Shown piece after piece: positions 19,771 through 28,722 of a stretch of DNA of 38,741 bases (position 1 is the stretch's first letter; every line of letters begins with the position of its first letter). The position numbers and the translations under genes are program-made. Below the pieces are notes generated by a model. It ran no database searches and was not told the DNA's origin. It saw nothing but the letters and a program-made list of their open reading frames with translations. The stretch comes from an uncultured Deferribacteres bacterium (GTDB taxonomy: Bacteria; Zhuqueibacterota; Zhuqueibacteria; Zhuqueibacterales; Geothermadaptataceae), in contig CAXHAT010000063.1 in assembly GCA_964014485.1 (NCBI GenBank), forward strand, positions 1-38,741, read 5' to 3'.

Positions 19771-21630
19771 CTAAGCAGTCGCTTTTTCCATGATCTCCGT
19801 CATCCGCTGTACGAAGTCTGACGGCGAGGCCAAACTTCCTTCAATCAAAGACGCGCCTTCATACAATTGAACAATGCAATTTCGCAAAACCGGATCCGTG
19901 CTGTCGGCGATGTTTAGGCGCGACAAATTGCGAACAAGCGGGTGAGACGTGTTGATCTCGAGAATTTTTTTCGCGCCCGCATAATCCTTGTTCATCATTT
20001 TCATCATCTTTTCCATTTGCGGATCAACGCCGTCTTTGCTGACAACCAAAGTCGCCGCCGAATCCACCAAACGTTTCGATTCGACCACGTCTTCAACCTT
20101 ATCGCCAAGCGCATCCTTGAAAACGGCAATTAACGAACTGCTCAAGTCCTGGTTCAGCGCTTCCTCGTCAGGCTTCTCGTCTTTTTTCAAATCGATGTCT
20201 GCCTGCTCGATTGACTTCAGTTTTTTCTTGTCATATTCTCCGACTTGCGGCAGCGTAAAAACATCCACAGGCTCAGTCAAAAGGAGCACTTCAATTTCGT
20301 TCTTGCGAAAATATTCAAGGTTTGGGTTGCGTTGAATTGTCTCCTTCGCTTCTCCCGTCAGGTAATAAATCTCTTCCTGCTCTTCACTCATCCGCCCAAC
20401 ATAGTCTTTGAACGATGCAAGTTCGTCTTTTTCCGTCTTCGTCGTTTCAAAGCGGATGAGTTCGATCACTTTGTCACGATTGGAAAAGTCTGAACTCACG
20501 CCAGTGATAAAAAGCGGACCGAAATTTTTGTAAAAAGTTTTGAATTTTTCCGGTTCCTTTTTGTTCATCTCTTCCAACCAGCCTAAAACCTTACCTGTCA
20601 AAACGTTGCGGATTTTGACCATCACCGGGCTGTTTTGCGTGACTTCCCGCGAAACATTGAGCGGCAAATCGGAAGTATCGACCACGCCTTTGATGAAGCG
20701 TAAATATTCCGGCAGCAAGTCCTTACAATCGTCCTGAATAAAGATTTTGTTCGAATAAAGATGGATCGATTTGTCCGTTTCTTCCTTCATAAACAAATTC
20801 GCGGGCGCATTTTTCGGGATAAACAAAAGCGCTTTGAATTCGACGACGCCTTCGATGGACAATGCAAGATGGTCAAGCGGCGGCTCGAAATCAGTTGAAA
20901 TAAATTTGTAGAATTCCGTGAGCTCTTCTTCGCTCTGGTCATCTTTCGATTTCTGCCACAAAGCGCTCACGACGTTGATTTTCTCATCACCGACAAAAAT
21001 CGGAAAATCGACAAAGTTCGAGTATTTCTTGATGGTGTTTTTAACCTGCCATTCGTCGGAAAAACCCTTGTGATCGTCCTTCAATTTGAAAGTGATTTTC
21101 GTGCCGCGCGTTTCTTTCTCAATTTCTTCAATCGTGAAAGTGCCCTCACCTTTCGATTTCCAGCGATAGCCCTGCGAATCGGTGTCCGCATGGCGCGTTT
21201 CGACGACGATTTCATCGGTTACCATAAACGCGGAGTAGAACCCAACGCCGAACTGACCAATCATGCTGGCGTCGAACTCTTTATCTTCTTTTTGCATTTG
21301 CTCGATAAACTGCATGGTGCCAGAGCTGGCCACGCTGCCGATGCGCTTGACCAGGTCGTCTTTTGTCATCCCCACGCCCGCGTCTTCGATAGAAAATGTC
21401 TGGTTGTCTTTATCCAATTCAATTTTTACTTGCAGTTCAGCGTCCGGAGAAACGACATCGCGATCCGTCAGCATTCTGAAGCGCACTTTATTGAGCGCAT
21501 CCGAGGCGTTTGAAATCAATTCGCGCAGAAAAACTTCAGGGTGTGTGTAAAGCGAATGCACGATGAGATGGAGCAATTGCTTCATCTCCGCTTTGTACTT
21601 GTAACGACTAACTTTGCTTTTCTCAGCCAT
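19771..21630 (-). CDS. htpG: Chaperone HtpG (Hsp90)
   Basis: FLRELISNASDA, IGQFGVGFYSAF, LPLNVSRE, LEINTSHPL. Confidence 0.97.
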   Translation of the reverse strand: MAEKSKVSRYKYKAEMKQLLHLIVHSLYTHPEVFLRELISNASDALNKVRFRMLTDRDVVSPDAELQVKIELDKDNQTFSIEDAGVGMTKDDLVKRIGSVASSGTMQFIEQMQKEDKEFDASMIGQFGVGFYSAFMVTDEIVVETRHADTDSQGYRWKSKGEGTFTIEEIEKETRGTKITFKLKDDHKGFSDEWQVKNTIKKYSNFVDFPIFVGDEKINVVSALWQKSKDDQSEEELTEFYKFISTDFEPPLDHLALSIEGVVEFKALLFIPKNAPANLFMKEETDKSIHLYSNKIFIQDDCKDLLPEYLRFIKGVVDTSDLPLNVSREVTQNSPVMVKIRNVLTGKVLGWLEEMNKKEPEKFKTFYKNFGPLFITGVSSDFSNRDKVIELIRFETTKTEKDELASFKDYVGRMSEEQEEIYYLTGEAKETIQRNPNLEYFRKNEIEVLLLTEPVDVFTLPQVGEYDKKKLKSIEQADIDLKKDEKPDEEALNQDLSSSLIAVFKDALGDKVEDVVESKRLVDSAATLVVSKDGVDPQMEKMMKMMNKDYAGAKKILEINTSHPLVRNLSRLNIADSTDPVLRNCIVQLYEGASLIEGSLASPSDFVQRMTEIMEKATA

Positions 21631-21917
21631 GTCTAAAATCTCCTGTGACCTATTTTCTCAATATGTAATGAAAACGTGGGGTTATTTTTTAGAACGTTGA
21701 AATACGATGCAGCGAATCTACGACAATATAGTGTTCCACTGTTCTCTGCTTCCGCATAAAACGGATGATGCGATATTCTCTAAATTTTTGTTTTGAGTCA
21801 ATTCGCCGTCATCGCCGGCGCTAAAGGTTGGTTTGAACAGCGTAGAATATAAGTGAAGACAGGCTAAAAAAGCAAGTTCGTCTTTAAAAGTTGGCAGGAA
21901 AATGCTTCCGCTCTAAA

Positions 21918-22341
21918 TCAGATGACTTCTAAGCCGGCCTCGATGAAGAATTTTTTCAGCAAGCTGTCGAAAGTAGAATACATGCATTCTTTTTCTTGCA
22001 ATGATAAAGCAGAAGCAAGTTGTAAGGAATCGAGACTGCGCAAACCATCCTGACCATATCTCATCAAAAGTCTGGTCGCAGATTCGATGATTTCTCTATC
22101 AATTTCTATCCAAAGAAAATGATGAGCATCATGCTCAAAATAACTGATTGCCGCTGTAGCCGCTTCTGGAGTTAGTTCATTCGTTCGAACTTTTTTCCAA
22201 ATTGCCGATCTCATCTCAAGTTGAGCAATTTGAGAAGCATAAATGGCCGCAACATTCTTTGAGATCAGATTTTGAACTTCTTCGGTTCCCGGCTCTTCGT
22301 GATAGAGTTTAAGCAAAGACGAAGTATCCAGAAACGATCAC
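21918..22341 (-). pseudogene. VapC-like PIN-domain toxin with out-of-frame start
   Basis: In-frame FLDTSSLLKLY, LEMRSA, LRSLDSLQLASA, TFD; the GTG at 22341 (GGAG RBS, overlapping the antitoxin stop) is out of frame; first in-frame start TTG 22316 lies after the first Asp. Confidence 0.65.
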
Positions 22342-22568
22342 AAGCTGGCTCTCCGTTCTTCAATAAGTGTATCACTGAGTGCGCTCTGCAAGCCTTTTAG
22401 AGCCTGGCGAGATTGCTGAAATGAGAATTGGCTAATATCTAAGCCGTCTCTATTGGATAAGCGGCTTTCTTCAAGAAAAGTAACAACGACCTTAAGAGGG
22501 TGAGAAATGTTGATTTTTTCGTCGAGAATAATCTGGCCGTCTTTGTAAACGCCTGTGACTGCTAACAT
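22338..22568 (-). CDS. Putative antitoxin (AF2212/DUF104-like)
   Basis: 76 aa, MLAVTGVYKDGQI..VVVTFLE, SDTLIEER; GGAGG RBS; directly upstream of the PIN gene. Confidence 0.75.
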   Translation of the reverse strand: MLAVTGVYKDGQIILDEKINISHPLKVVVTFLEESRLSNRDGLDISQFSFQQSRQALKGLQSALSDTLIEERRASL

Positions 22569-22964
22569 AAAATTTCCTCCGCTTTCTTGACATTCAAATT
22601 AGGTCGCATTGTTTCAAAACGCAACGAAATATTGCAAGAGTATCTTGACTTTCGCAAAACTTTAGTTGTGTCTGGGTGAATAAGCGAGGAAATGTTTGGC
22701 TAAATCCGGTTAGAATCACCGTTGCTTCCTCTGAAAACGAAGCCGGTGCAGGCTTCTCGAGCATTTGGCCTTTAGGAAAACTCGGTTGCGAACATCGACG
22801 CCAAATTTGAGCCATCCAACCAAGCGGCAAGAGTGCAACTCTTGCTTTGGATGTTTGTGGTATGAGTACAAAAACCGGAAAACGATTCTGTCAACTTCGG
22901 GCTAAGGAGAAAGCTCGCAAAAATCCAATCATCGTTTGCACGCTTCCTCGCTTTTTGTGTAGAA

Positions 22965-25175
22965 TTACTGCCCCGGAAACCATGCGCCGGGCGAAGTTTC
23001 GTGGAGTTTTTTGAGATCGAGGGGCTTGCCGTTGAGGTAGACGCCGCTAATTCGATGATAGGCGCGCACGTCTTTTGTCGGATCGCCGTCAAGGACGACG
23101 ACGTCCGCGAGCGCATTTGATGCAAGGCGGCCAAGATTGTCTTTTCCCAAGCTCAAAGCGGCGAGGCTGGTCGCGCTGATGAGCGCTTCTTCCGGGTGCA
23201 TTCCGGCTTTGCTGACCAACAGCTCAAGCTCGCGAATCAAGCCGGGGCCGTGAAATGTCGCCGCGTTGCCTGCATCGCTGCCGGCCACGATTTTGACGCC
23301 GCCGTCAATAGCGCGTTTTGTCGCGGCAATCGCGTTTGCCAGGCGATTTTCGAAAGATTTGACCGCGAATGGATTCTTTCTTAAATTCGCCAACCATGAT
23401 TGGGGCGAGCTGATGGACGCGAGCACTTCTTTTTTGACGAGACCGGCGTACTGCACTTCATTAAGTTTTTCACTAACGAGTGCATTCAAATAGCCTTCAT
23501 AAACGGCCAGCGTCGGCGTAATCGTCACGCCTTTTTCGACCATCAGTGCTATCGTTTCTTCGCTCAAATCCTCCGGGATGTGTTGCAAGCCATTAGCGCC
23601 TGCTTGTATGGCAAACTGCGCGCTTTCGTCTGTGTCGACGTGGACGGTTGTGCGCAAACCGGCGCTGCGCGAAGCGACCATTGCGGCGAGAAAGGCTTCT
23701 TTTGAGAGCTTGGGCAGTTTTCCGCCTGCGTTGCCGCCTTCCAACACCAGTTTGATCAAATCAACTTTGTAACCGTCAAGCTCTTCGATAGCTTCTTGCG
23801 CCTCTGCTGCGGTAGAAACCTGCCGTGTTAGTTGCTCGGCTAACCCGGGCAACCCTTGATTAAAACGCGCCGCAGGATGACCGTCCGGCGCCGTGATAGA
23901 CGGCCCGGCGAAAAACATGCGCGGCGCTCGCATCTCTCCTTTTTCCACGGCTTCCCGCAACCGGGAAAGATCGCGATGATTGTCCGTCAACGAAACGACT
24001 GAAGTGACGCCGCAGGCAAGGTATGATTGCAAATCGTGAACCTGGCGGTCTGGCATGTATTCCGCCATCGAAGCGTTGCCGCCCGCAGAACCGCCGATGT
24101 GAATGTGTGAATCGAACAGTCCTGGAATGAGAAATTTGCCGGTGAGCGTATCGACCGTGGCGTTTTCAGGCAACGCGCCGCCGTCTTCCTCGCCGACGGA
24201 CGTAATTTTATTGTCCGAAATAACGACGCGCGCATTTTCAATTCTGCCGCCAAGTCCGTCGAGTACAGTCGCGCCTGTGAGCACACGGACGTGCTTGGGC
24301 GCATCGTTCGAAGCTTGCTCCGAACGACCTGGGCGTTCAGCCATTTTGAAAGCCGGGACGAGCAGCGCCGCGATCAAGTAAACGCCCGCCAAACCGGAAA
24401 GCGCGACGGCGAGATTTTTTTTGTTAACCGGCTGCTCGCTCTCCCAGCGGAAAAGCAGCGAATTAAGAGCAAAGGCAGTGACTCCGGAAACCAAAAGCAC
24501 CGCAATTGGGATCGTTAAATCACCAAGGCTTTCGCCGCGTACAATCACGCCTTGAAATGCATCGACCAAGTAGGTGGCGGGCAGGAACTTGGCCGCCGTC
24601 TGAATATACGGCGGCAACATAAAAAAGGGCACGGCGGCGCCGGAAAGAAACATCATCGGAAAGAAAAGCAGGTTGGAAATCGCCGGAGCGGTTTTCATGT
24701 TTTTCGCCACGGCACCGATGATCAAACCAAGCGGAATAAAGGCGAAAAAGCCGATCAGCGCCATGACAATGAACGTAAGCCAAGCCCCCTTCACCGGCAT
24801 ATCAAACAGCAAAATTGCGCCAATGACTTGCAGTGTGATCGACAAACAAAGGTTAAATAAGGCCACCGCCGCATGTGCGGTGACAACCACCGTCGGGCTG
24901 ACAGGCGTCACGCGGTAGCGCCGAAAAACGCCGCTTTCCCGCTGCGTCACCATCTGCATGGCCACGCCAAAAAACGAGGCTGAAATGACAGTGATAACCA
25001 GCAGCCCCGGGACGACAATCGCCACGCGCGGCCCTTCGCCGCGACCAAAAATGTAACCGAAAACCAGTAAAAAAAGCATGGGAAAGGCCAGGTTCCAAAA
25101 TAACGCCGTCTTTGACCGCATCGTCATTTTCAAATAAGCCGCTGATAAAGCCCCCAAGCCGCGAAATGTATTCAT
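22965..25175 (-). CDS. ABC-2 type permease fused to a metal-dependent amidohydrolase
   Basis: Six TMs with RESGVFRRYRVTP and FLSG..P ending FRWE, a 7th TM, then PGLFDSHIH, GVTSV, IKL, TVH, QH, GSDAG, ADVVVLDGDP; start at ATG 25175 (AGGAG RBS). Confidence 0.88.
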   Translation of the reverse strand: MNTFRGLGALSAAYLKMTMRSKTALFWNLAFPMLFLLVFGYIFGRGEGPRVAIVVPGLLVITVISASFFGVAMQMVTQRESGVFRRYRVTPVSPTVVVTAHAAVALFNLCLSITLQVIGAILLFDMPVKGAWLTFIVMALIGFFAFIPLGLIIGAVAKNMKTAPAISNLLFFPMMFLSGAAVPFFMLPPYIQTAAKFLPATYLVDAFQGVIVRGESLGDLTIPIAVLLVSGVTAFALNSLLFRWESEQPVNKKNLAVALSGLAGVYLIAALLVPAFKMAERPGRSEQASNDAPKHVRVLTGATVLDGLGGRIENARVVISDNKITSVGEEDGGALPENATVDTLTGKFLIPGLFDSHIHIGGSAGGNASMAEYMPDRQVHDLQSYLACGVTSVVSLTDNHRDLSRLREAVEKGEMRAPRMFFAGPSITAPDGHPAARFNQGLPGLAEQLTRQVSTAAEAQEAIEELDGYKVDLIKLVLEGGNAGGKLPKLSKEAFLAAMVASRSAGLRTTVHVDTDESAQFAIQAGANGLQHIPEDLSEETIALMVEKGVTITPTLAVYEGYLNALVSEKLNEVQYAGLVKKEVLASISSPQSWLANLRKNPFAVKSFENRLANAIAATKRAIDGGVKIVAGSDAGNAATFHGPGLIRELELLVSKAGMHPEEALISATSLAALSLGKDNLGRLASNALADVVVLDGDPTKDVRAYHRISGVYLNGKPLDLKKLHETSPGAWFPGQ

Positions 25176-25230
25176 TGATTTGATTCTCCTCTTTTTCAGT
25201 GATAAGTGATTAGTAAATACTAAATAGTCA

Positions 25231-26142
25231 TCACTGATTACTACCCACATCCCCTACAAGCTCTAAATAAACGTCTTCCAGAGTCGGCCTTTTCAGACGC
25301 AAGTCCGTCAGCGTAACATTCTGCGTTTTCAATGTCTCGCCTAACGCAATGACTGCTTCGGCAGGGGACGTTGTGCTGAATTTATAATGTCCGCCTTCGC
25401 GACCTTGCGGCTCGAGTCCGGATTGCACCAGCGCCGTCGGATCGAACTCGCCTTCTACGTCGATCCAAAGCGTGGAAGCGCCGCCTGAGCGTCCCAAAAG
25501 TTCAAACGGCGTTCCGTCAGCGACGATCTGTCCAGCCTTAATCATGATAACGCGGTCGCACAATTTCTCCGCTTCTTCGATGTAATGCGTCGTGAGCAAA
25601 ACGGTGCGTCCTTGCTCGCGGAAGCCTGAGACGATTTTATGAACGCCCCGCCGCGCAACAGGATCGAGACCCGTCGTCGGCTCGTCAAGAATAATCAATT
25701 CAGGATCATTTATCAGAGCCAGTCCGATGGCCAAGCGCTGCTTTTGCCCGCCGGACAAGCTGTCTACGCGAGCGTCGGCTTTTTCTTCCAGCGTCACGCG
25801 TGACAGCGCTTCCTCGGGAGCAACGGACTTTTCGAAGAATGCGCTGTATGTGCTTAACACTTCCGTCGCGGTCAATTCGGGCGGCAGTTCGGTGTGTTGC
25901 AGCAAAACGCCTAATTTTTCTTTAAGCGCCTTCGCTTGTTTGGCGGGATCAAGCCCGAGCACGTTTAAACGCCCCGCGGACGGATCGCGCAGGCCTTCTA
26001 TCGTTTCGACAAGCGTGGTTTTTCCGGCTCCGTTCGGGCCGAGCAGCCCAACAACGCCGCCCCCGGCAATATTGAGATCAACGCCGCGAAGTGCGTGAAC
26101 GTCGCCGTAGTTTTTTTTCAGATTTTCCGTTTGGATAACCAT
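25231..26142 (-). CDS. ABC-2 exporter ATP-binding subunit
   Basis: GPNGAGKTT, LSGGQKQR, LDEPTTGLD, TTHYIEEA, C-terminal PTLEDVYL. Confidence 0.95.
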   Translation of the reverse strand: MVIQTENLKKNYGDVHALRGVDLNIAGGGVVGLLGPNGAGKTTLVETIEGLRDPSAGRLNVLGLDPAKQAKALKEKLGVLLQHTELPPELTATEVLSTYSAFFEKSVAPEEALSRVTLEEKADARVDSLSGGQKQRLAIGLALINDPELIILDEPTTGLDPVARRGVHKIVSGFREQGRTVLLTTHYIEEAEKLCDRVIMIKAGQIVADGTPFELLGRSGGASTLWIDVEGEFDPTALVQSGLEPQGREGGHYKFSTTSPAEAVIALGETLKTQNVTLTDLRLKRPTLEDVYLELVGDVGSNQ

Positions 26143-26282
26143 GTGTATTCCTGGATTCGTGAGTTGCGTCTTGTTGGCGGGAAAAGTACGGCGGGCGCCC
26201 CCGAAAGCAACGTCGTTTCAGACAAACAACGGCAAGCGCGGACAAAAAACAGAATTTGTACGACGAGATTCGGACGGTACGT

Positions 26283-26489
26283 TTATTCCGGGAGGCGCTT
26301 GTTGAACAATCTTGTTAGGTCAACGCCGAAATAACGCAGGCACATCAAAAGCAGGGTTGCAGCTCCCGCTTCGTCGAGGTTGCCGACCAAGGGAATGTTG
26401 TCAGGAATCAATTCGATGACCCCGACCCCGATATTCAGAAGGTAGAGAATGGAGATTATGGCGAGACAAAAAACGATGAATCCCTTCAT
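26283..26489 (-). CDS. DUF1232 (YkvA-like) small membrane protein
   Basis: ELIPDNIPLVGNLDE motif between hydrophobic segments. Confidence 0.8.
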   Translation of the reverse strand: MKGFIVFCLAIISILYLLNIGVGVIELIPDNIPLVGNLDEAGAATLLLMCLRYFGVDLTRLFNKRLPE

Positions 26490-26526
26490 GATTCAAAACT
26501 TGGCTTTGGCGTCGTTTGAGGGCTTT

Positions 26527-27063
26527 TCAATCATCTAATGCGTTTAACTCATCTTCCAAACGCTTGGCGTACGGCGACTCAGAGACGTTTTTATCAGAAA
26601 CGTTTTTTTGCGGCGTCGCGGCGACTGCAGCGGCGCGTCTGCGGCTGTTGATGAACATCGACGCGGCGAGTATTCCGGCAAACAAAATGATAAAAGGCAG
26701 CACCCACAGCAAAATATTCAATCCTTTGGCTTCCGGTCGGGACAAGATTCGCTCGCCGTAAACTTCGGCGAACCCCGCAAGAATTTCATCATCGCTGAAT
26801 CCCCCGGCTATGCCGATTTTGATCTGATCCTTGACTTGGTGCGCCGCCCCGGATTGATCTTCGTAAGCCGTTTTCGAATAGCAGCACGGGGCCATGAGCA
26901 ACTGCGACAAATCGCGCGCTCGCACCTGCTGCTCGGGCTCGAGGTGAACGCCTTCGGTTTCGTCGTGGCTGTGCTCGGTCGAAGGGACAAACTTCTTTTC
27001 TTGCGCCAAAGCTTGCGCGGCGAACAGCAGCAAGACCGCGAAAGAAAGAAGCGTTTTACTCAT
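26527..27063 (-). CDS. Cytochrome c biogenesis CcmH/NrfF-like protein
   Basis: Signal peptide, LMAPCC, YGERILSRP, LLWVLP TM helix; start may be ATG 27063 or 27072. Confidence 0.8.
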   Translation of the reverse strand: MSKTLLSFAVLLLFAAQALAQEKKFVPSTEHSHDETEGVHLEPEQQVRARDLSQLLMAPCCYSKTAYEDQSGAAHQVKDQIKIGIAGGFSDDEILAGFAEVYGERILSRPEAKGLNILLWVLPFIILFAGILAASMFINSRRRAAAVAATPQKNVSDKNVSESPYAKRLEDELNALDD

Positions 27064-27112
27064 TTTGTGCATTTTAATTGCCGCAATTACAATTTTGATT
27101 TTGAGAACCTTA

Positions 27113-27382
27113 TCACTCAGCCGCACTCAATAATGGCGCCGGGATGCTTTGCTCGACAAGCATGATTGGGATATCGTCATCCACGCGATAGACCCGGTCG
27201 CCGGATTCGGTAATGAGCCCTTCTTGCAGCGGTTGGTCCACTGCATTGCCGTCGGCGTACTTAACGTTCCCTGCGGCAATCTGGCCGTTGAGTCCCTCAA
27301 CTTCGCCCGGCTCCATCATGCGCAGCGTCTGTTTTGTCTCGGGGCAGCAAAGTATTTCGAGAAGTTCTTTGTTTACAGGCAT
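27113..27382 (-). CDS. Trm112-like protein
   Basis: ELLEILCCPETK and YRVDDDIPIML; start set at ATG 27382. Confidence 0.85.
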   Translation of the reverse strand: MPVNKELLEILCCPETKQTLRMMEPGEVEGLNGQIAAGNVKYADGNAVDQPLQEGLITESGDRVYRVDDDIPIMLVEQSIPAPLLSAAE

Positions 27383-27416
27383 TTGTCGATCTGAATATGA
27401 ATTTGTTTCGTGAGAC

Positions 27417-27508
27417 CGGGTCGTCTCAAACCACGCCATTTCCGCCGGAATCTATCCTCGGGCAGGCGGGCATGACAAGAGAGTTTTGAATTTATTTGAG
27501 ACAACCCT
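27417..27508. mobile_element. Small MITE-like element with GGGTTGTCTCAAA ends
   Basis: GGGTCGTCTCAAA (27418-27430) and TTTGAGACAACCC (27495-27507), 12/13 inverted repeat; GAC(C) repeated on both flanks; degenerate palindrome remnant inside. Confidence 0.55.
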
Positions 27509-27524
27509 GACCTGGATTTCTTGA

Positions 27525-28196
27525 CTATCTGTACACTTCGATGGTTTTAATCCGCACTTCCTGCTTCGGCAGATCGCCGGGGCCGGTTTCAACTTCGGCG
27601 ATTTTGTTTACAACATCCATGCCCTTGGTCACCTTGCCAAAAGCCGTGTATTGACGGTCGAGGTGCGGCGCCGAGCCGTGCATAATGAAAAACTGACACC
27701 CCGCTCCCATGCGTACGTCGGAAACGCGCGCCATGGAAAGTATGCCCGGTTCGTGGCGCGTATCGTTAAATTCGTGAGGAATCATCGTCAGCGGCCCGCC
27801 TTGACCGTACGACGACTTATCATCCGTTTTCGAATTTGGATCGCCGCCTTGAATCATAAAAGTCTTCATAATGCGGTGAAATTGCGTGTTATCGTAAAAG
27901 CCGCCTTCGGCGCGGGTAATGAAATTAAAACAGTGGATCGGCGCCTTGTCTGGATAGAAACCGACTTCGATGTCGCCGTGATTGGTGATGATTTTGGCCT
28001 TAACGCCTTCCAGTTGCGCCGCGAGGAATTGTAATCTTTGACTGCTGTCTTGCATCTTCTTAATCTTGGTTTTGAGTACGCGAACTTGCTCTTGCAGCTC
28101 GTTATTCCGTTTACTTAATCGAGTCACTTTTTCATTGTCGCCACAGGAATACAGCATAGCGGCTGCCGACAAGAAAACCAGCCACTGACGTGTCAT
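27525..28196 (-). CDS. Cyclophilin-type peptidyl-prolyl isomerase, lipoprotein with coiled coil
   Basis: Lipobox LYSC; FYDNTQFHRI, FMIQGGDP, SMAR, QFFI, HLDRQYTAFGKV. Confidence 0.92.
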   Translation of the reverse strand: MTRQWLVFLSAAAMLYSCGDNEKVTRLSKRNNELQEQVRVLKTKIKKMQDSSQRLQFLAAQLEGVKAKIITNHGDIEVGFYPDKAPIHCFNFITRAEGGFYDNTQFHRIMKTFMIQGGDPNSKTDDKSSYGQGGPLTMIPHEFNDTRHEPGILSMARVSDVRMGAGCQFFIMHGSAPHLDRQYTAFGKVTKGMDVVNKIAEVETGPGDLPKQEVRIKTIEVYR

Positions 28197-28389
28197 TCTA
28201 AATATTTCTCCAGTTAATTGTCTATTTGGCAAATGGTTCGCAAGATAGGCGCTGAACCGCAAAAATGCAAGCGGTTCAAAGCTGTTGTTTTTCGCCGATT
28301 CCAGACATATGTTTAAGGATAGAAACGAATGAACGCACAGCGTTCCAGGCAGGTCTCAACTGACGACGAAGGTTGCATTTGTTAGTTTA

Positions 28390-28417
28390 GTAGAGACGCG
28401 ATGCATCGCGTCTCTAC
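28390..28417. repeat. GTAG-type REP palindrome (second copy)
   Basis: Perfect palindrome GTAGAGACGCGATGCATCGCGTCTCTAC. Confidence 0.85.
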
Positions 28418-28433
28418 CATGACAAAAATTTCA

Positions 28434-28674
28434 CTGATGTTACGCGCGATAGCGCATATGCTGAGTCTTGGAGCAGATCTCGTCTCATTAGCGCCGGGCT
28501 TCAACCCGGTGACGCACAAAATGCCCATTTTCATCTCCTCCGCCGCGCTGGCGCGGCGGAGGGGATGAATGGTCGTCTTCAAGGATCTCCGCTCTGAAGA
28601 GCGGAGCTAATGAGAATCAAAAGTTGCCTGCTGACTTTGATCGCGCGTGTCAAACGACGCGTTTGTAACATCAG
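28434..28674. mobile_element. MITE-like element copy B
   Basis: Left CTGATGTTACGCG, right GTAACATCAG; direct repeat AATTTCA at 28427-28433 and 28675-28681. Confidence 0.8.
28483..28615. repeat. TCTCATTAGC...GCTAATGAGA REP doublet with central hairpin, nested in MITE B
   Basis: Perfect 10-bp outer IR, two arm hairpins, central 40-bp hairpin at 28530-28569. Confidence 0.75.
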
Positions 28675-28722
28675 AATTTCATTCATTTTTTGCCGCCTTG
28701 AACAAAACGCAAGGGTGACTGT

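Noticed and set aside
22338..22340. Selenocysteine at the TGA between antitoxin and toxin
   Set aside because: No evident SECIS hairpin and no Cys-equivalent role; a small indel near the GTG explains it more simply
25231..27063. ccmA/ccmH cytochrome c maturation operon
   Set aside because: The ATPase is a 303-aa ABC-2 drug-exporter type paired with the fused permease; no ccmB/C/E/F present
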